DNA from: a virus
DNA: 64,000 nucleotides
Strand: one strand, 5' to 3'
Virus record (IMG/VR): IMGVR_UViG_3300031649_000001
Location: 47,262 to 111,261 of that record
Within the stretch, counting starts at the first letter, position 1, and every line of letters begins with the position of its first letter. The position numbers and the translations under genes were made by a program. A model generated the notes under the pieces. That model saw nothing but the letters and a program-made list of their open reading frames with translations. It did no database searches and was not told the origin of the DNA. Positions 29,319-39,610 of the stretch are shown here, one piece after another.

Positions 29319-30611
29319 GTGGCCATCATCTGGGACGGCTATTTGCAGTTGGCCGGTAACGAGATCGTCAACAGCGCCAGGGCGGTGGCGTATGCGCGGG
29401 CGGCCGGGCTGCCGATGGAGTGCGACCCGTGCGACGCCGTGGCGGAGGCGATGGGTGATGCCCCGTACTTCAGCCTGGAGGACGGCACGGCTCCCTGGTA
29501 CGACCCGGGCGTCCCGGCCAGCCGTGGCTTCCACGGCGTGTTCGGCATGGACGTGGCGGGGTTCTCCGGCTCCACCATCACCCGCTCCCCAACCGCGCTG
29601 ATCGGTGACGGGTCGGCGCTCGGTCCGGCCCGCCGCAACCACCGCGAGATCGCCTGGACCGTCGCTCTGATCACCGAGGGCGAGGCCGAACTCTCGTACG
29701 CGATGGAGTGGCTGTCGACCACGCTCCTCGGCTCGCAGTGCGAGGGCCGCACCTGCGACGGGGATGAGATCTGCGTGTTCTCCGCGTGCCCCGGCACGAC
29801 CCCGCTGGCCGTCGGCGACACCAGCGTCCTGGGCGACCAGGAGATCCGCCACCTGTACGACGCGGGCATCCTGTCCGGCCCGGTCGTCACGGGCCGTCAG
29901 TGGATGGGCGGGGGCCGGTTCCTGTGGGCCACGGTCACCTTCACCCTCGCGGCGGCCAAGCCGTGGATCTACCACGACCCGCTGGCCGCGAACGTGGACT
30001 GGGTCGCGCTGGGGAGCGGGGAGCTGGTCAGCAACATCGACCCCGACCAGGTGTACCAGCAGTGCCTCCAGCCCAGCCCCTGCGCCACCGACCCGCTCTG
30101 CCCCACCCCGCCGCTGCCGCCCAAGGCGCCCTCCCCGCTGAGCCCGTGCTATCCGACCGGCCTGGCCAGCTTCCGCCGCTCCCGCATCCAGGTCTCCCCG
30201 CTGGACGAATCCGCGTGGCTGGAGACGGTTCCGGTGCTGGAGGTGCGTACCGGCTCCACGGCCATGCGCCGGGTGCTGGTGCGGTTCTGGGCGAACCCCC
30301 AGAACAACCCCTGCAACTCCGCTCTGGACCCGTGCAACGCCTGCGCTGACATCAACGTCGGCTACATCCCGGCGGGGTCCACGCTGCGCGTGGACGGCCG
30401 TGTGCAGCGGAGCGTGGTGGAGTGCCCGCAGCTCCCCATCGGCATCGCCACCAGTACCCCCACCATCTACGGCGCCGAAGGAGCGAACTTCACGTGGCCC
30501 ACCTTCCCCTGCCCCACCGGCCTCTGCATCGAGGTGTGGTCCCGTTCCGACACCACAGCGGCCAACGCCACGGCGCGGGTGCTGCTGGTGCCCCGTGCGG
30601 ACGCCGGGTGA
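29319..30611 (+). CDS. Minor tail protein (distal-tail-like)
   Basis: GYLQLAGNEIVNSAR, APWYDP...GFHG; first structural gene after tape measure. Confidence 0.75.
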   Translation: MAIIWDGYLQLAGNEIVNSARAVAYARAAGLPMECDPCDAVAEAMGDAPYFSLEDGTAPWYDPGVPASRGFHGVFGMDVAGFSGSTITRSPTALIGDGSALGPARRNHREIAWTVALITEGEAELSYAMEWLSTTLLGSQCEGRTCDGDEICVFSACPGTTPLAVGDTSVLGDQEIRHLYDAGILSGPVVTGRQWMGGGRFLWATVTFTLAAAKPWIYHDPLAANVDWVALGSGELVSNIDPDQVYQQCLQPSPCATDPLCPTPPLPPKAPSPLSPCYPTGLASFRRSRIQVSPLDESAWLETVPVLEVRTGSTAMRRVLVRFWANPQNNPCNSALDPCNACADINVGYIPAGSTLRVDGRVQRSVVECPQLPIGIATSTPTIYGAEGANFTWPTFPCPTGLCIEVWSRSDTTAANATARVLLVPRADAG

Positions 30612-30617
30612 TGCGCC

Positions 30618-33032
30618 ATGGCTGACGTCCTGTTCAACCTGCGCGCGGGCGCGAGCGCGGTGTTCCCCTCGCCGCCCACGCTCACCATGACCCGCGTCCA
30701 CCAGCAGGCCTTCTACGAGCCCACCACCCAGCTCATCTACATCACGCAGGTGGTCGGGAACGGGGTGACGCTGCCGGGCGAGTCCGGGCCGCCCGCGACG
30801 GGTGTGCGCGACAGCCGGGGCGACATCGCCATCAACCGCGTCACGCTGGACGGCACGGTCACGGGGGTCATGTACTGCCGCCGCTTCGACCACGGCTCCG
30901 GCATCGGCGTGGAGTACGACGCCGTCACCGGCAAGACGTGGCTGTGGCTGCCGTTCGACGCGGTGGAGCAGCCGATCGGCACGAACGCGCACGGCCGCCG
31001 GATCTGCCGGATCGAGTTCGTGAACAACGCGGTCATCGACCCCGAGGACGTTCCCCCGGCCCAGGCGTACGAGCCGTTCACCGGGCTCACGTCCATCACC
31101 CCGGCCCTGGACCTGGTCAACGGGCGGATGACCGTCGCCTACAACGCGGGCGGCACCACCCAGTACGCGGTGTTCACGCTGGCCGACTTCAAGGCGAAGA
31201 TCTTCACCGCGCCGCTCTACCAGTTCCCCCGCCCCTCCTACCCGGACTTCCAGTCGTGGACGGCGTTCGGCGAGTACGTCTACCAGCAGCACGGCAGCGC
31301 CTACAGCGAGGACGACACCAACCCGCCGCCGCCGGACGGCAACGGCAACGCGTGGTGGACCGTGGTCGATATGCGGTCCGGCAACGTGGTGGACCGGGTG
31401 CAGAACACGGTCGGGCTGACGCTGGACTACCGCGAGCCGGAGGCCGTGGCGGTCTTCGACATGCCGTCCGGCCCGCAGTTCACGTTCGGGTTCGCCGTCG
31501 GCGACTCGCCCCGGCGGGTCGCCCTGTACGGGATCACGGCCCAGGTCGACACCTCCCAGCCGATCCGCGCGGAGGTGGTGGTCGCCCCGGAGGAAGGCGT
31601 CCAGCTCACCGTCAGCGTGGAGGACACCGAGTCGATCCAGTCGTGGGAGATCATCCGCGATGTCGACGGCACCCGGCAGACGCTGTTCTCCGGGACCGGC
31701 GCGGGCTCCCTCCCCGCCGTATCCACGTGGTTCGACTCGGCGCCGCCGGGCTGCATCTCCATCACCTACCACCTGGTGATCCAGCGCACCGACGGCACCC
31801 TCACCGAGGACGTCTCCAACGCGGTCACCTATGTGCCGGACGGCGGCTGCAACCAGGGCGGCCCGGCCGTGGGCGGGGAGGACAACACCCTGGGGTGCGC
31901 CTCCACCTACACCGCACAGATCCACTGGCGCGGCGGCGCCCAGCCGTACGCCGTGGCGGCGATGGACCGGCTGACGGAGGTGACCTGGAACCGGACCATC
32001 AACGACATCTCCGAGGCGTCCGTCACGATCCTGAAGGGCAACATCAGCACGGAGTGCTGCGAGGCCCTGAAGGAGATGCATCCGTGGGTGCACGAGCTGA
32101 CGCTGTACCGGGACGGCGAGCTGGTGTGGCAGGGCCCGGTCACCAAGACCACCGGCCGCCGCGACTCCATCACCATCCAGGCGCAGGACGTCACCGCCTG
32201 GTTCGATCACCTGGTCAACACCTGGCGGATCACCTACACCGCGAGTACCGCGGACGCTCAGGGGCGCAAGGCCGGACCCATCACGGCCATCGCCTACAAC
32301 CACATCCGCCTCAACATGACGGCGTCGTCGCTGGCCAACCCCGACTACGCGGGGATCATGGACTACATGGTCGTGCGGTCCGCCGGGCTCCCGACCGTCA
32401 AGGTGGAGAAGGACGGCAGCTCGAACACGAGCATCTGGACCACGTACCTGGGTGACCTGATGCGGGAGTGGGCCAAGCGCGGGCTCACCTGGACCACCAT
32501 CGGCCGGACCGTCCTGCTGCGGGCCCGGCCCACCTCCACCACCCGCGCCCAGGCGCGCCTGACGATGGAGGACTTCACCGGCGAGATCGAGGTCATCAAG
32601 GACGGCACCCAGGGCGGCACCTACGGCTTCGCCACCACCCAGGACCAGCAGGACATCAGCGACGGCAAGACCCTGGGGTACGGCAAGACGAAGACCGCGT
32701 ACGGGCGGCTGGATGTGCTGGTGTCGCTGGACGAGGAGAAGGTGACCGACGCCGATCTGCGTGAAGCGGCCAAGGACGCCATCGCCGGGCGCTACCCCAT
32801 CCCCATCACCATCAGCGTTCCCGACGGTTCCTCGCTGGCTTCCACCGCGCCGGTCAAGCTCCATCAGCTCGTGCCCGGCGAGCGGTTCGACGTCCTCGCC
32901 GAGAGCTTCTGCACGCCGGTGCTCCAGGGCTTCGCGCTCACGGATGTGGAGGGGTCCTGGCAGAACGGCCAGGAGAAGATCGGCGTCACCCTCACGCCGC
33001 TCGCGGATCTTGAAGAGGAGCTGACCACATGA
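30618..33032 (+). CDS. Minor tail protein: TagC/P68-RBP-like propeller fused to baseplate-hub-like domain
   Basis: QQAF...YITQ...GDIAINRVTLDG...MY...HGSGIGVE; C-terminal WNRTINDISEA...PWVHELTLYRDGELVWQGPV. Confidence 0.7.
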   Translation: MADVLFNLRAGASAVFPSPPTLTMTRVHQQAFYEPTTQLIYITQVVGNGVTLPGESGPPATGVRDSRGDIAINRVTLDGTVTGVMYCRRFDHGSGIGVEYDAVTGKTWLWLPFDAVEQPIGTNAHGRRICRIEFVNNAVIDPEDVPPAQAYEPFTGLTSITPALDLVNGRMTVAYNAGGTTQYAVFTLADFKAKIFTAPLYQFPRPSYPDFQSWTAFGEYVYQQHGSAYSEDDTNPPPPDGNGNAWWTVVDMRSGNVVDRVQNTVGLTLDYREPEAVAVFDMPSGPQFTFGFAVGDSPRRVALYGITAQVDTSQPIRAEVVVAPEEGVQLTVSVEDTESIQSWEIIRDVDGTRQTLFSGTGAGSLPAVSTWFDSAPPGCISITYHLVIQRTDGTLTEDVSNAVTYVPDGGCNQGGPAVGGEDNTLGCASTYTAQIHWRGGAQPYAVAAMDRLTEVTWNRTINDISEASVTILKGNISTECCEALKEMHPWVHELTLYRDGELVWQGPVTKTTGRRDSITIQAQDVTAWFDHLVNTWRITYTASTADAQGRKAGPITAIAYNHIRLNMTASSLANPDYAGIMDYMVVRSAGLPTVKVEKDGSSNTSIWTTYLGDLMREWAKRGLTWTTIGRTVLLRARPTSTTRAQARLTMEDFTGEIEVIKDGTQGGTYGFATTQDQQDISDGKTLGYGKTKTAYGRLDVLVSLDEEKVTDADLREAAKDAIAGRYPIPITISVPDGSSLASTAPVKLHQLVPGERFDVLAESFCTPVLQGFALTDVEGSWQNGQEKIGVTLTPLADLEEELTT

Positions 33033-33238
33033 GCCCGTTGCCCGGCCAGCGGGCGGGCCAGCGCCCGATCCGCGCGGCTGTCGCCTCGCAGAGGGCGATC
33101 GGCCGTCAGCTCACCGCCGTCCACGCCATGTCCGACACCCTCGTGCTCTTCACCGACGAGGGCTGGCAGAAGGTCGCGTGTGAGCCCGACGGCCGCGACC
33201 ACCTCATCCCCTACGACTTCGGTAACCAGGAGGGCTAG
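33029..33238 (+). CDS. Small hypothetical tail-region protein
   Basis: ATGA coupling. Confidence 0.5.
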   Translation: MSPLPGQRAGQRPIRAAVASQRAIGRQLTAVHAMSDTLVLFTDEGWQKVACEPDGRDHLIPYDFGNQEG

Positions 33239-33240
33239 CC

Positions 33241-35121
33241 ATGGCCAGGTGCGGATGCAGCGGGACTTGCTCGTGCGTGATTCAGGGCTCTTCGCCCATC
33301 TCCGTGACCGGGAACGGCTCGGTGCAGGCGCCGTTCGTGGTCAGTCTGTCGGCGGGCGGCCAGACCGGGTGTGCCGCAATCGTGGCGTGCCTGGCTGGGA
33401 ACCTGGGGCCGGGGCTCATCTACAACGAGGGCACCGGCGACCTCCAGGTGCGGCTCTCGGACCAGGCCGGGAACGCGGCGGCCTTCAACACGGACGGCCT
33501 GTATGTGCCGTCGGGCGGCACCCCGCCCACCCCGGCCACCTGCCTCCAGACCATCGCCGATCTCCCGGCCGCGCCCAACACGGTCGGTGCGGCGTACCTG
33601 GCGCAGCTCAGGGGCGCCTACTCCAGCCCGCATCAGGTGGACTGGTGCCTGGCTACCGGGTGCGACATCATCCAGTTCCGCTGCGCCACCTCCTCGGATG
33701 ACGTGGGCGTGATCAGCGACCTGAGCACCCACGACCTGACCGACACCCGGACGTCCATCTACATCAGCCAGGACATCCGGCAGCTCAGTGCGGCCCAGGC
33801 CAAGGCCGTCCTCAACTACGCCGGTGACGAGAACGACCCGCAGGGCTTCAACATCGCCTCCGGCGGCGACCGTACCGACCGGCGCGGCGGCTGGTACGGG
33901 TGGCTTCAGCCGACCTACTACACGCAGCTCCTGACGGATTTCCTGACGCGGATCGACGGGAAGTCCGTGGCGCTGATCGAGTGCATCCCCGCCTCCACGT
34001 CGCCGTACCCGGAGTCGACGGCGATCGTCGGGGCGATCCGTGCGGTGCTCCAGTACTGCGCCCAGGCGTGGGCGTTCATCGGGGTGCGGACGGTCGCGAA
34101 CGCCACGACGGTGAACAACGCGGGGATCACGCCGATCATGATCCCGGCGACGCCGACCACCTACAACACCACGGCGCTGCCGTACACCACGGCGGAGCTG
34201 ACGGCGGCGGGGATCACCTGGATCCTGCTGGACACCAAGTACGCCGACAGCGTGTTCACGACGTACAAGAACGCCGGGTTCCAGGTCCTCATGTACACCA
34301 CGTCGCGGCATGTGGAGCGGACCCGGGTGATCACCCTGGGTATCCGGGGTGCGATGGCCGATGACCCGGTGTACTACCGGGGGGCGACCGGCGCGTCCGG
34401 GTGGGCGTACGGGTACCGGACGGAGACCGATCCGTGGGAGCACCGGATGATCGGCACCGGGCAGCTCAGCTTCCGTACGGATCAGCACTCGGTGGCGTCC
34501 AACGGGGGGTTCGTGCGCGGCCGGACGGAGGCTGCCGAGCAGGGCCTCATCCTCCCGGCCAGCTTCGGTGACAACCTGGGGCGTCCGTCGGTGCTGCTGG
34601 GGTGGCTGTGTCCCATCTTCGGGCTGGCCAACCCGCCCAACTGGACGCTGGACTGGGACATGAAGTGGAACACCCTGGCTACGGTGTCCGCGACGCGGGC
34701 GAAGATGGGGCTGCTGTTCGGGGCGACCTCGGACCGGGACACGTACGACTGGCCACAGGCCGACGCGGTCCAGAACCCGTCCGCCTACCCCGAGGGCCAG
34801 AAGACCTTGTACCGGGTGTTCCAGCGGCAGAACGGCGAGATCGGGATCGCGAAGTGGGCCAGCCAGGCGTCGGCGATCAGCTACCTGGCCGTGGCGTCGA
34901 CTCCGGCGGTGGCCGCTGACGTGTGGAACTCGTACCGGCTGACGGTCTCGCCGACGCAGATCACGTTCCGGCGGACGACGAGCGGCGGTACCCAGTACAC
35001 GGTGACGACGGCCGACACGCAGTACCGGGGCGGGTGGGTGTGGCTGGAGAAGGAGGAGGGTTCCAACGGTGACACGGTCAATCCGTTCGAGGGCAAGTTC
35101 CGCAACTTCGCCCTGTCGTGA
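33241..35121 (+). CDS. Minor tail / receptor-binding protein with degenerate GDPD-like barrel and C-terminal beta-sandwich
   Basis: MARCGCSGTCSC N-terminus; GCDIIQFRCATSSDDVGVI and GFQVLMYT...LGIRGAMADDP resemble GDPD strands. Confidence 0.65.
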   Translation: MARCGCSGTCSCVIQGSSPISVTGNGSVQAPFVVSLSAGGQTGCAAIVACLAGNLGPGLIYNEGTGDLQVRLSDQAGNAAAFNTDGLYVPSGGTPPTPATCLQTIADLPAAPNTVGAAYLAQLRGAYSSPHQVDWCLATGCDIIQFRCATSSDDVGVISDLSTHDLTDTRTSIYISQDIRQLSAAQAKAVLNYAGDENDPQGFNIASGGDRTDRRGGWYGWLQPTYYTQLLTDFLTRIDGKSVALIECIPASTSPYPESTAIVGAIRAVLQYCAQAWAFIGVRTVANATTVNNAGITPIMIPATPTTYNTTALPYTTAELTAAGITWILLDTKYADSVFTTYKNAGFQVLMYTTSRHVERTRVITLGIRGAMADDPVYYRGATGASGWAYGYRTETDPWEHRMIGTGQLSFRTDQHSVASNGGFVRGRTEAAEQGLILPASFGDNLGRPSVLLGWLCPIFGLANPPNWTLDWDMKWNTLATVSATRAKMGLLFGATSDRDTYDWPQADAVQNPSAYPEGQKTLYRVFQRQNGEIGIAKWASQASAISYLAVASTPAVAADVWNSYRLTVSPTQITFRRTTSGGTQYTVTTADTQYRGGWVWLEKEEGSNGDTVNPFEGKFRNFALS

Positions 35122-35245
35122 TTTGGTTACGGGGCGTGAGGGCTTCCAGCCGATCGTGTGAAGAGCGGGCGTGCGCCCCTGGGGCGCCGGGGTCGGCAGT
35201 ACGCTGCCCGGACCCTGAAAGCGACGCCAGGAGCGGTGAGAGACG

Positions 35246-35830
35246 ATGTTGAAGGCATACCTGCGGCGGTACGACAACACCACGGTCCCGGTCACGGTCA
35301 GGCACACGGGCCAGCACCTCGGCGTCCACGAGGGCAAGGTGCGCGTGGCGCGCCTGTACTGGGACCGGGCCCAGCCGCTGGAGGACCCGGACGGGGAGTT
35401 CCAGCCGCTGGTGGAGTCGGTGCCGCTGCTGGACACGCTGATCCTGACGCGGGTGTCGCCGCGCAACGGGGAGCGGGCGGTGTTCCACGGGACGGTCACG
35501 GACCTGAGCGTGGACGGCGAGTCGGTGAGCCTGATCGCGGTGGACAGCCCCGGCACGGAGCGGCTGTACGACCAGCCGTGGTGGAACGACGCGCCGCTGT
35601 ACCCGTCGGACCAGGCGGCCCCCGAGCACACCTCGCCGCTCATGTCGGTCGGGTCGCAGGCCCCGCCGCAGGGTGCGCCTCAGGGGGTGCAGACGCTGGC
35701 CGGTGCGCATCTGCGCGTGTCGGGCAACTTCCAGTCCGACGGCCCGGCCGCCCGGCCGGGCGGGCACCCGGCCGCCCCCCCGGCCGGTCAGTGGCAGGCT
35801 GTTCCGCAGCCTGTCGCCCAGCAGGCGTAG
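35246..35830 (+). CDS. Hypothetical protein
   Basis: GC3 bias, upstream RBS. Confidence 0.65.
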   Translation: MLKAYLRRYDNTTVPVTVRHTGQHLGVHEGKVRVARLYWDRAQPLEDPDGEFQPLVESVPLLDTLILTRVSPRNGERAVFHGTVTDLSVDGESVSLIAVDSPGTERLYDQPWWNDAPLYPSDQAAPEHTSPLMSVGSQAPPQGAPQGVQTLAGAHLRVSGNFQSDGPAARPGGHPAAPPAGQWQAVPQPVAQQA

Positions 35831-36417
35831 CGCCGCCCCCCCTGCGCTGCGCCACGATGCCCCCCGGCTTCCCCCTGCCGGGGGGCATCGCTCTGCCAGT
35901 TGGCCCAACCGGCTACGCCGTTCGCCGTCTACGGGGATGCGCCGGGGCACGGTGGTGGGGAACGATCTGCGGATCGATCCTCCGCCCGGCGGCCCGTATC
36001 CGCCGGTCTGCCCGGCCGCCCGGCCGGGCGGCCGGTAACGGGGAGCGGGGAGCCTGGGACTGCGGGACGGCGTCCCAGGGCAGCCGCCGACGCGGGCGGG
36101 GAGCTGGTGCCGACTGGGGAGAAGCACCGGCGAGCGGGGTGGCGGGGCACTGGGCTCGGGGAGCCGGTGCCCCGCCTCCACCCGGCAGGGGGCTGGCTTG
36201 GCCGTCCGCCTACTGTGACAGGGCGTGGGGCTTGAGTCACTGGGGGTTGCCCGAACATACCCCGCACGACTGAACGAACCCCGGGGACTGGGGCGGAATC
36301 TGCCCCTCCGTCGGTGGCGTCTGCCATGCTGAGACCGCTTCGCCTGCACCGGCCCGACGTGCAGTCCGGCGGCCCCAGCTCCCACCGCGCTGGGGCCGTT
36401 TGCATGAGGAGGCCGTG

Positions 36418-36876
36418 ATGCCGGAGCCGGACGAGTTCGAGAGCGGGCCGCGCCGGATCATCCCGGCCCTGCCCATGGAGGACCCCGCGCTGGGGGAGAT
36501 CCGGTGGGGCCGGTGGGAGCGGGCACTGCCTGCGTTCATCTGCCTGGTGGGCGGCGGTCAGGCCGACACCGACTGCGAGACGTGCGCCTGGCCCACCCTG
36601 CGCAACGCCAGGGGCATGACGTTCTACACCCCCGAGCCCACCTGGGAGCGCGTGGTCCGATCCACGCAGACCAAGGACGGCCGGTCCAAGTGGGTCAAGG
36701 TGCAGCGCAAGGCGTACTGGGCGTACACGCACTGGGCGCAGTACTGCCCGCGCTGCGACGAGATGTTCGCGTGGCGGCGGGTGAGCCCCGAGGACGAGGA
36801 CGACTGGACGGAGATCTTCCATCACCCGCCGACCACGCAGCGGGCGGTGCCCCCGGCCGAGGGCACCCTGTTCTGA
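36418..36876 (+). CDS. Hypothetical zinc-binding protein (CETC...CPRC)
   Basis: GAGGAGG RBS. Confidence 0.65.
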   Translation: MPEPDEFESGPRRIIPALPMEDPALGEIRWGRWERALPAFICLVGGGQADTDCETCAWPTLRNARGMTFYTPEPTWERVVRSTQTKDGRSKWVKVQRKAYWAYTHWAQYCPRCDEMFAWRRVSPEDEDDWTEIFHHPPTTQRAVPPAEGTLF

Positions 36877-36886
36877 TCCGCGCGGA

Positions 36887-37165
36887 TCACGGCTCCAGGG
36901 GCGGGATGTCGCTGAAGTAGTCGGTGCGGTTCAGGTGGGCGCCGAGGGTGCTCAGCGTCATGTAGGGGGACGCCGTGTCTCCCCAGTCGGCGGGGGTGGC
37001 GGCCTCCAGCCGGGCGAGGCGCAGGGTGGCCAGGGTGAGGAGCTTGATCACTTCGGCGTGGCGGGGGCTGGCCGGGTGGGCGCGCAGCAGGCGGGCCGCT
37101 TCGTCCAGGCGCTCCGGCACGCTGAGGTCTGTGCCGTCGGAGTCGAGGTCACGTGGCTTGGTCAT
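36887..37165 (-). CDS. Hypothetical protein
   Basis: GC3 bias; stop lies within the 16-bp palindrome. Confidence 0.55.
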   Translation of the reverse strand: MTKPRDLDSDGTDLSVPERLDEAARLLRAHPASPRHAEVIKLLTLATLRLARLEAATPADWGDTASPYMTLSTLGAHLNRTDYFSDIPPLEP

Positions 37166-37331
37166 GGGCGCCAACGTACGGGTGCGGGTTGTGGGGTGCC
37201 AGGAGCGGGTCACTGGTCCACCACGAGCAGGACGGGCAGTACCGGTTCTCCACGTCCCCGGGATGCCAGGACGTCTTGAGACATTCGGGACATGTGATGT
37301 TCGGGCGCGGGTCCACGGCTGGCTGCTCCAT
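37149..37331 (-). CDS. Small zinc-finger protein (ITCPEC...HPGDV...YCPSC)
   Basis: Pattern common among actinophage small proteins. Confidence 0.6.
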   Translation of the reverse strand: MEQPAVDPRPNITCPECLKTSWHPGDVENRYCPSCSWWTSDPLLAPHNPHPYVGAHDQAT

Positions 37332-37828
37332 CCGGCCTATGGTGCCCGATATGGATGCCTCTGGAAGTCGTCGGTGTGGCCTGGCTGAAACGGGGCATGC
37401 GGGGGTTCAGGCTGCGGCGGGCGCGGCCGGGGGCGGCTCGTACGGGTGAGCGGTGTCCTGACCCGTAAGGGGGGCCGGTGTTCCGGCTCGCATGTGGGCC
37501 TCGTGTGTTCGACCCACCCGCACATAGGGGGGCGTCGCTGCACGTGGGTGTGTGTGGGGTGCGGTCGGCCGTGCCGGTGCCTGTGCCATGCGGGGCGCCG
37601 GTGGTGCCGTCACCCGGTGCGAGCGGTTCGCTACTTTCTTGGCCAGTTCCGATACAGGTTTCTGTCCGTGACGCTACGCTGACGGAGCGAAGTTACAGGT
37701 CCGCGCACAGTGCGCCCCTGTCGGGTTACATGCGGTGACCGGCGGGGGCGTTTCTGTGCCCGCTGCCGTTCGAGAACTGTGACGCGCCCGGCCGCCCGGC
37801 CGCCCGCCCGGCCGGGTAGCTTTCAGTT

Positions 37829-38644
37829 ATGGCTCAACCACTCTCCGCGACGGCCGCCCTCGATGCGCTCAAGCGCGAAGGGCTCAAGGTCGTCGAATAC
37901 AAGTCAACCTGGAAGACCCACAACCGAGGCCAGCGCGGCGACGGCTGGGGCCCCATGCAGGGCGTCATGCTCCACCACACCGCCACCAGCGGCGCCACCG
38001 CCGCCCGCGTCAAGACGTCCGTAGAGCTCTGCTGGGACGGCTACACGGGGCTGCCCGGCCCCCTGTGCCACGGCGTCATCGCCCCCGACGGCACCGTCTA
38101 CCTGGTCGGCTGGGGCCGCGCCAACCACGCCGGGCTCGGCGACGACGACGTCCTGCGCGCGGTCATCAACGAGACCCCCATCCCCGCAGACGACGAGGCC
38201 AACACCGACGGCAACGCGCGCTTCTACGGCTTCGAGGCCATCAACCTCGGCGACAACACGGACGACTGGCCGCCCGCACAGGTGGAGGCGATGGTGCGGG
38301 CGTCGGCCGCGCTGCTGCGCGCCCACGACTGGAACAAGGACGGCACCGGCTTCATCAGCGTCATCGGCCACAAGGAGTGGCAGCCGGGCAAGCCCGACCC
38401 GTCCGGCCCCGGCCTGCCGTCCATGAACACCATCCGCTCCCGCGTGGCCGAGCGTCTCAAGCACCCGGCGTCCTGGAGCCCCGGCGTCCCCGGCCAGGCC
38501 ACCTACACCGTCCGCGACGGCGACACCCTGGGCGACATCGCCGACCGCTTCCACACCACGGTCGACAAGCTGGTGGCCCTCAACAAGAACCTGATCAAGG
38601 ACCCCGACGAGATCGAGGTCGGCTGGAAGCTCAAGCTCAAGTAG
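37829..38644 (+). CDS. Endolysin: N-acetylmuramoyl-L-alanine amidase plus LysM
   Basis: VMLHHTA, RANHAG, GFEAIN, IGHKEW..GKPDP; YTVRDGDTL..IA LysM. Confidence 0.92.
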   Translation: MAQPLSATAALDALKREGLKVVEYKSTWKTHNRGQRGDGWGPMQGVMLHHTATSGATAARVKTSVELCWDGYTGLPGPLCHGVIAPDGTVYLVGWGRANHAGLGDDDVLRAVINETPIPADDEANTDGNARFYGFEAINLGDNTDDWPPAQVEAMVRASAALLRAHDWNKDGTGFISVIGHKEWQPGKPDPSGPGLPSMNTIRSRVAERLKHPASWSPGVPGQATYTVRDGDTLGDIADRFHTTVDKLVALNKNLIKDPDEIEVGWKLKLK

Positions 38645-38653
38645 GAGGGGCCC

Positions 38654-38908
38654 ATGCCCATACCCGCCGCTCTGGCTGCCCGCTTCAAGTGGGATGCCCT
38701 GGAGCGCATCGTGTGGTCCACCGTCGAGTTCACCGCCGGTGCCGTCATCGTCGCCGTCACCCCGCTGGATGTGTGGTGGGCGCTGCCCATCGCCATCGCC
38801 CTCGTCACCATCAAGACCTTCGCCGCCAAGCGCGTCGGCCAGCCCGGCACGGCCTCCACGCTGCCCGCCGCCGCCGACCCGGCAGCAGGCCCGGCCGCGC
38901 GCCCCTGA
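38654..38908 (+). CDS. Holin
   Basis: 84 aa, two TMs, after endolysin, DALERIVW...GQPGTAS. Confidence 0.8.
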   Translation: MPIPAALAARFKWDALERIVWSTVEFTAGAVIVAVTPLDVWWALPIAIALVTIKTFAAKRVGQPGTASTLPAAADPAAGPAARP

Positions 38909-38967
38909 CCCCGTACGCACAGCAGCCCCCGGCCGGGCGGCCGGGGGCTGCGTTCCATCCGCGTGGA

Positions 38968-39606
38968 TCAGGTACGGGCGGTGCGGTCCTTCGCGATGGA
39001 GAACAGGATGCCCAGCAGCAGCTCCGGGATCTGCCCGCCCACCATCTTGCCGGGGGTCAGGTCGTCCACGAAGCCGTCCAGGACCATGGTGGGCCGGGGC
39101 TGTGAGGCGTGGTACATCCGGCCGTCCAGGTCGACGGCCCCCCCGGCGCGGATCTCCACCCGGTCCGGGAGATCCTTGTAGGCCGGTGTGCGCTCGCCGC
39201 GCTCGGACGCCTCGTACATCGCCCTCACCTTGTGGGCGGGCGGTGCCCAGCCCTCGGTGACCATATACATGCCGACCAGGGAGTCAGGGATGTGCGCGCG
39301 GATGGCGTCGGCGGCGGCCCGCTGGTGGGGGCCGCGCGGTGCCGTCAGGAACTCCCGGTAGCTGGCGAGGACGTTCTTCGGGTCGCCGTTGCCCGCGTTC
39401 CACATGCTGTCGGGGACCGGGATCGGGCGGCAGCGGAACCGGCCGTTCTCTGCCCGGTAGATGTGGCCCCACTCCGGCGGCAGGTCCCAGCCGACGCGGC
39501 CGTTGAGCGCCCGCTTGATCGCGTTGAGGACCTGCGTGGGCTCGTCGCCGTTGAGGACCTTCACGACTCGGCGACCCCACTCGGGGTCGGTGATGGGTTC
39601 AGACAC
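38968..39606 (-). CDS. PPA1309-like hypothetical protein
   Basis: GWDLPP...VGMYMVTEGW...DLPDRVEIR...DG. Confidence 0.5.
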   Translation of the reverse strand: MSEPITDPEWGRRVVKVLNGDEPTQVLNAIKRALNGRVGWDLPPEWGHIYRAENGRFRCRPIPVPDSMWNAGNGDPKNVLASYREFLTAPRGPHQRAAADAIRAHIPDSLVGMYMVTEGWAPPAHKVRAMYEASERGERTPAYKDLPDRVEIRAGGAVDLDGRMYHASQPRPTMVLDGFVDDLTPGKMVGGQIPELLLGILFSIAKDRTART

Positions 39607-39610
39607 GGTG

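Noticed and set aside
2752-35643. Very long antisense or alternate-frame ORFs (e.g. 4703-7942, 25230-28472, 29307-32864)
   Set aside because: Shadow ORFs expected from GC3 bias opposite real genes
37446-37682. Cys-rich small ORF
   Set aside because: Weak codon bias and no clear RBS; left uncalled
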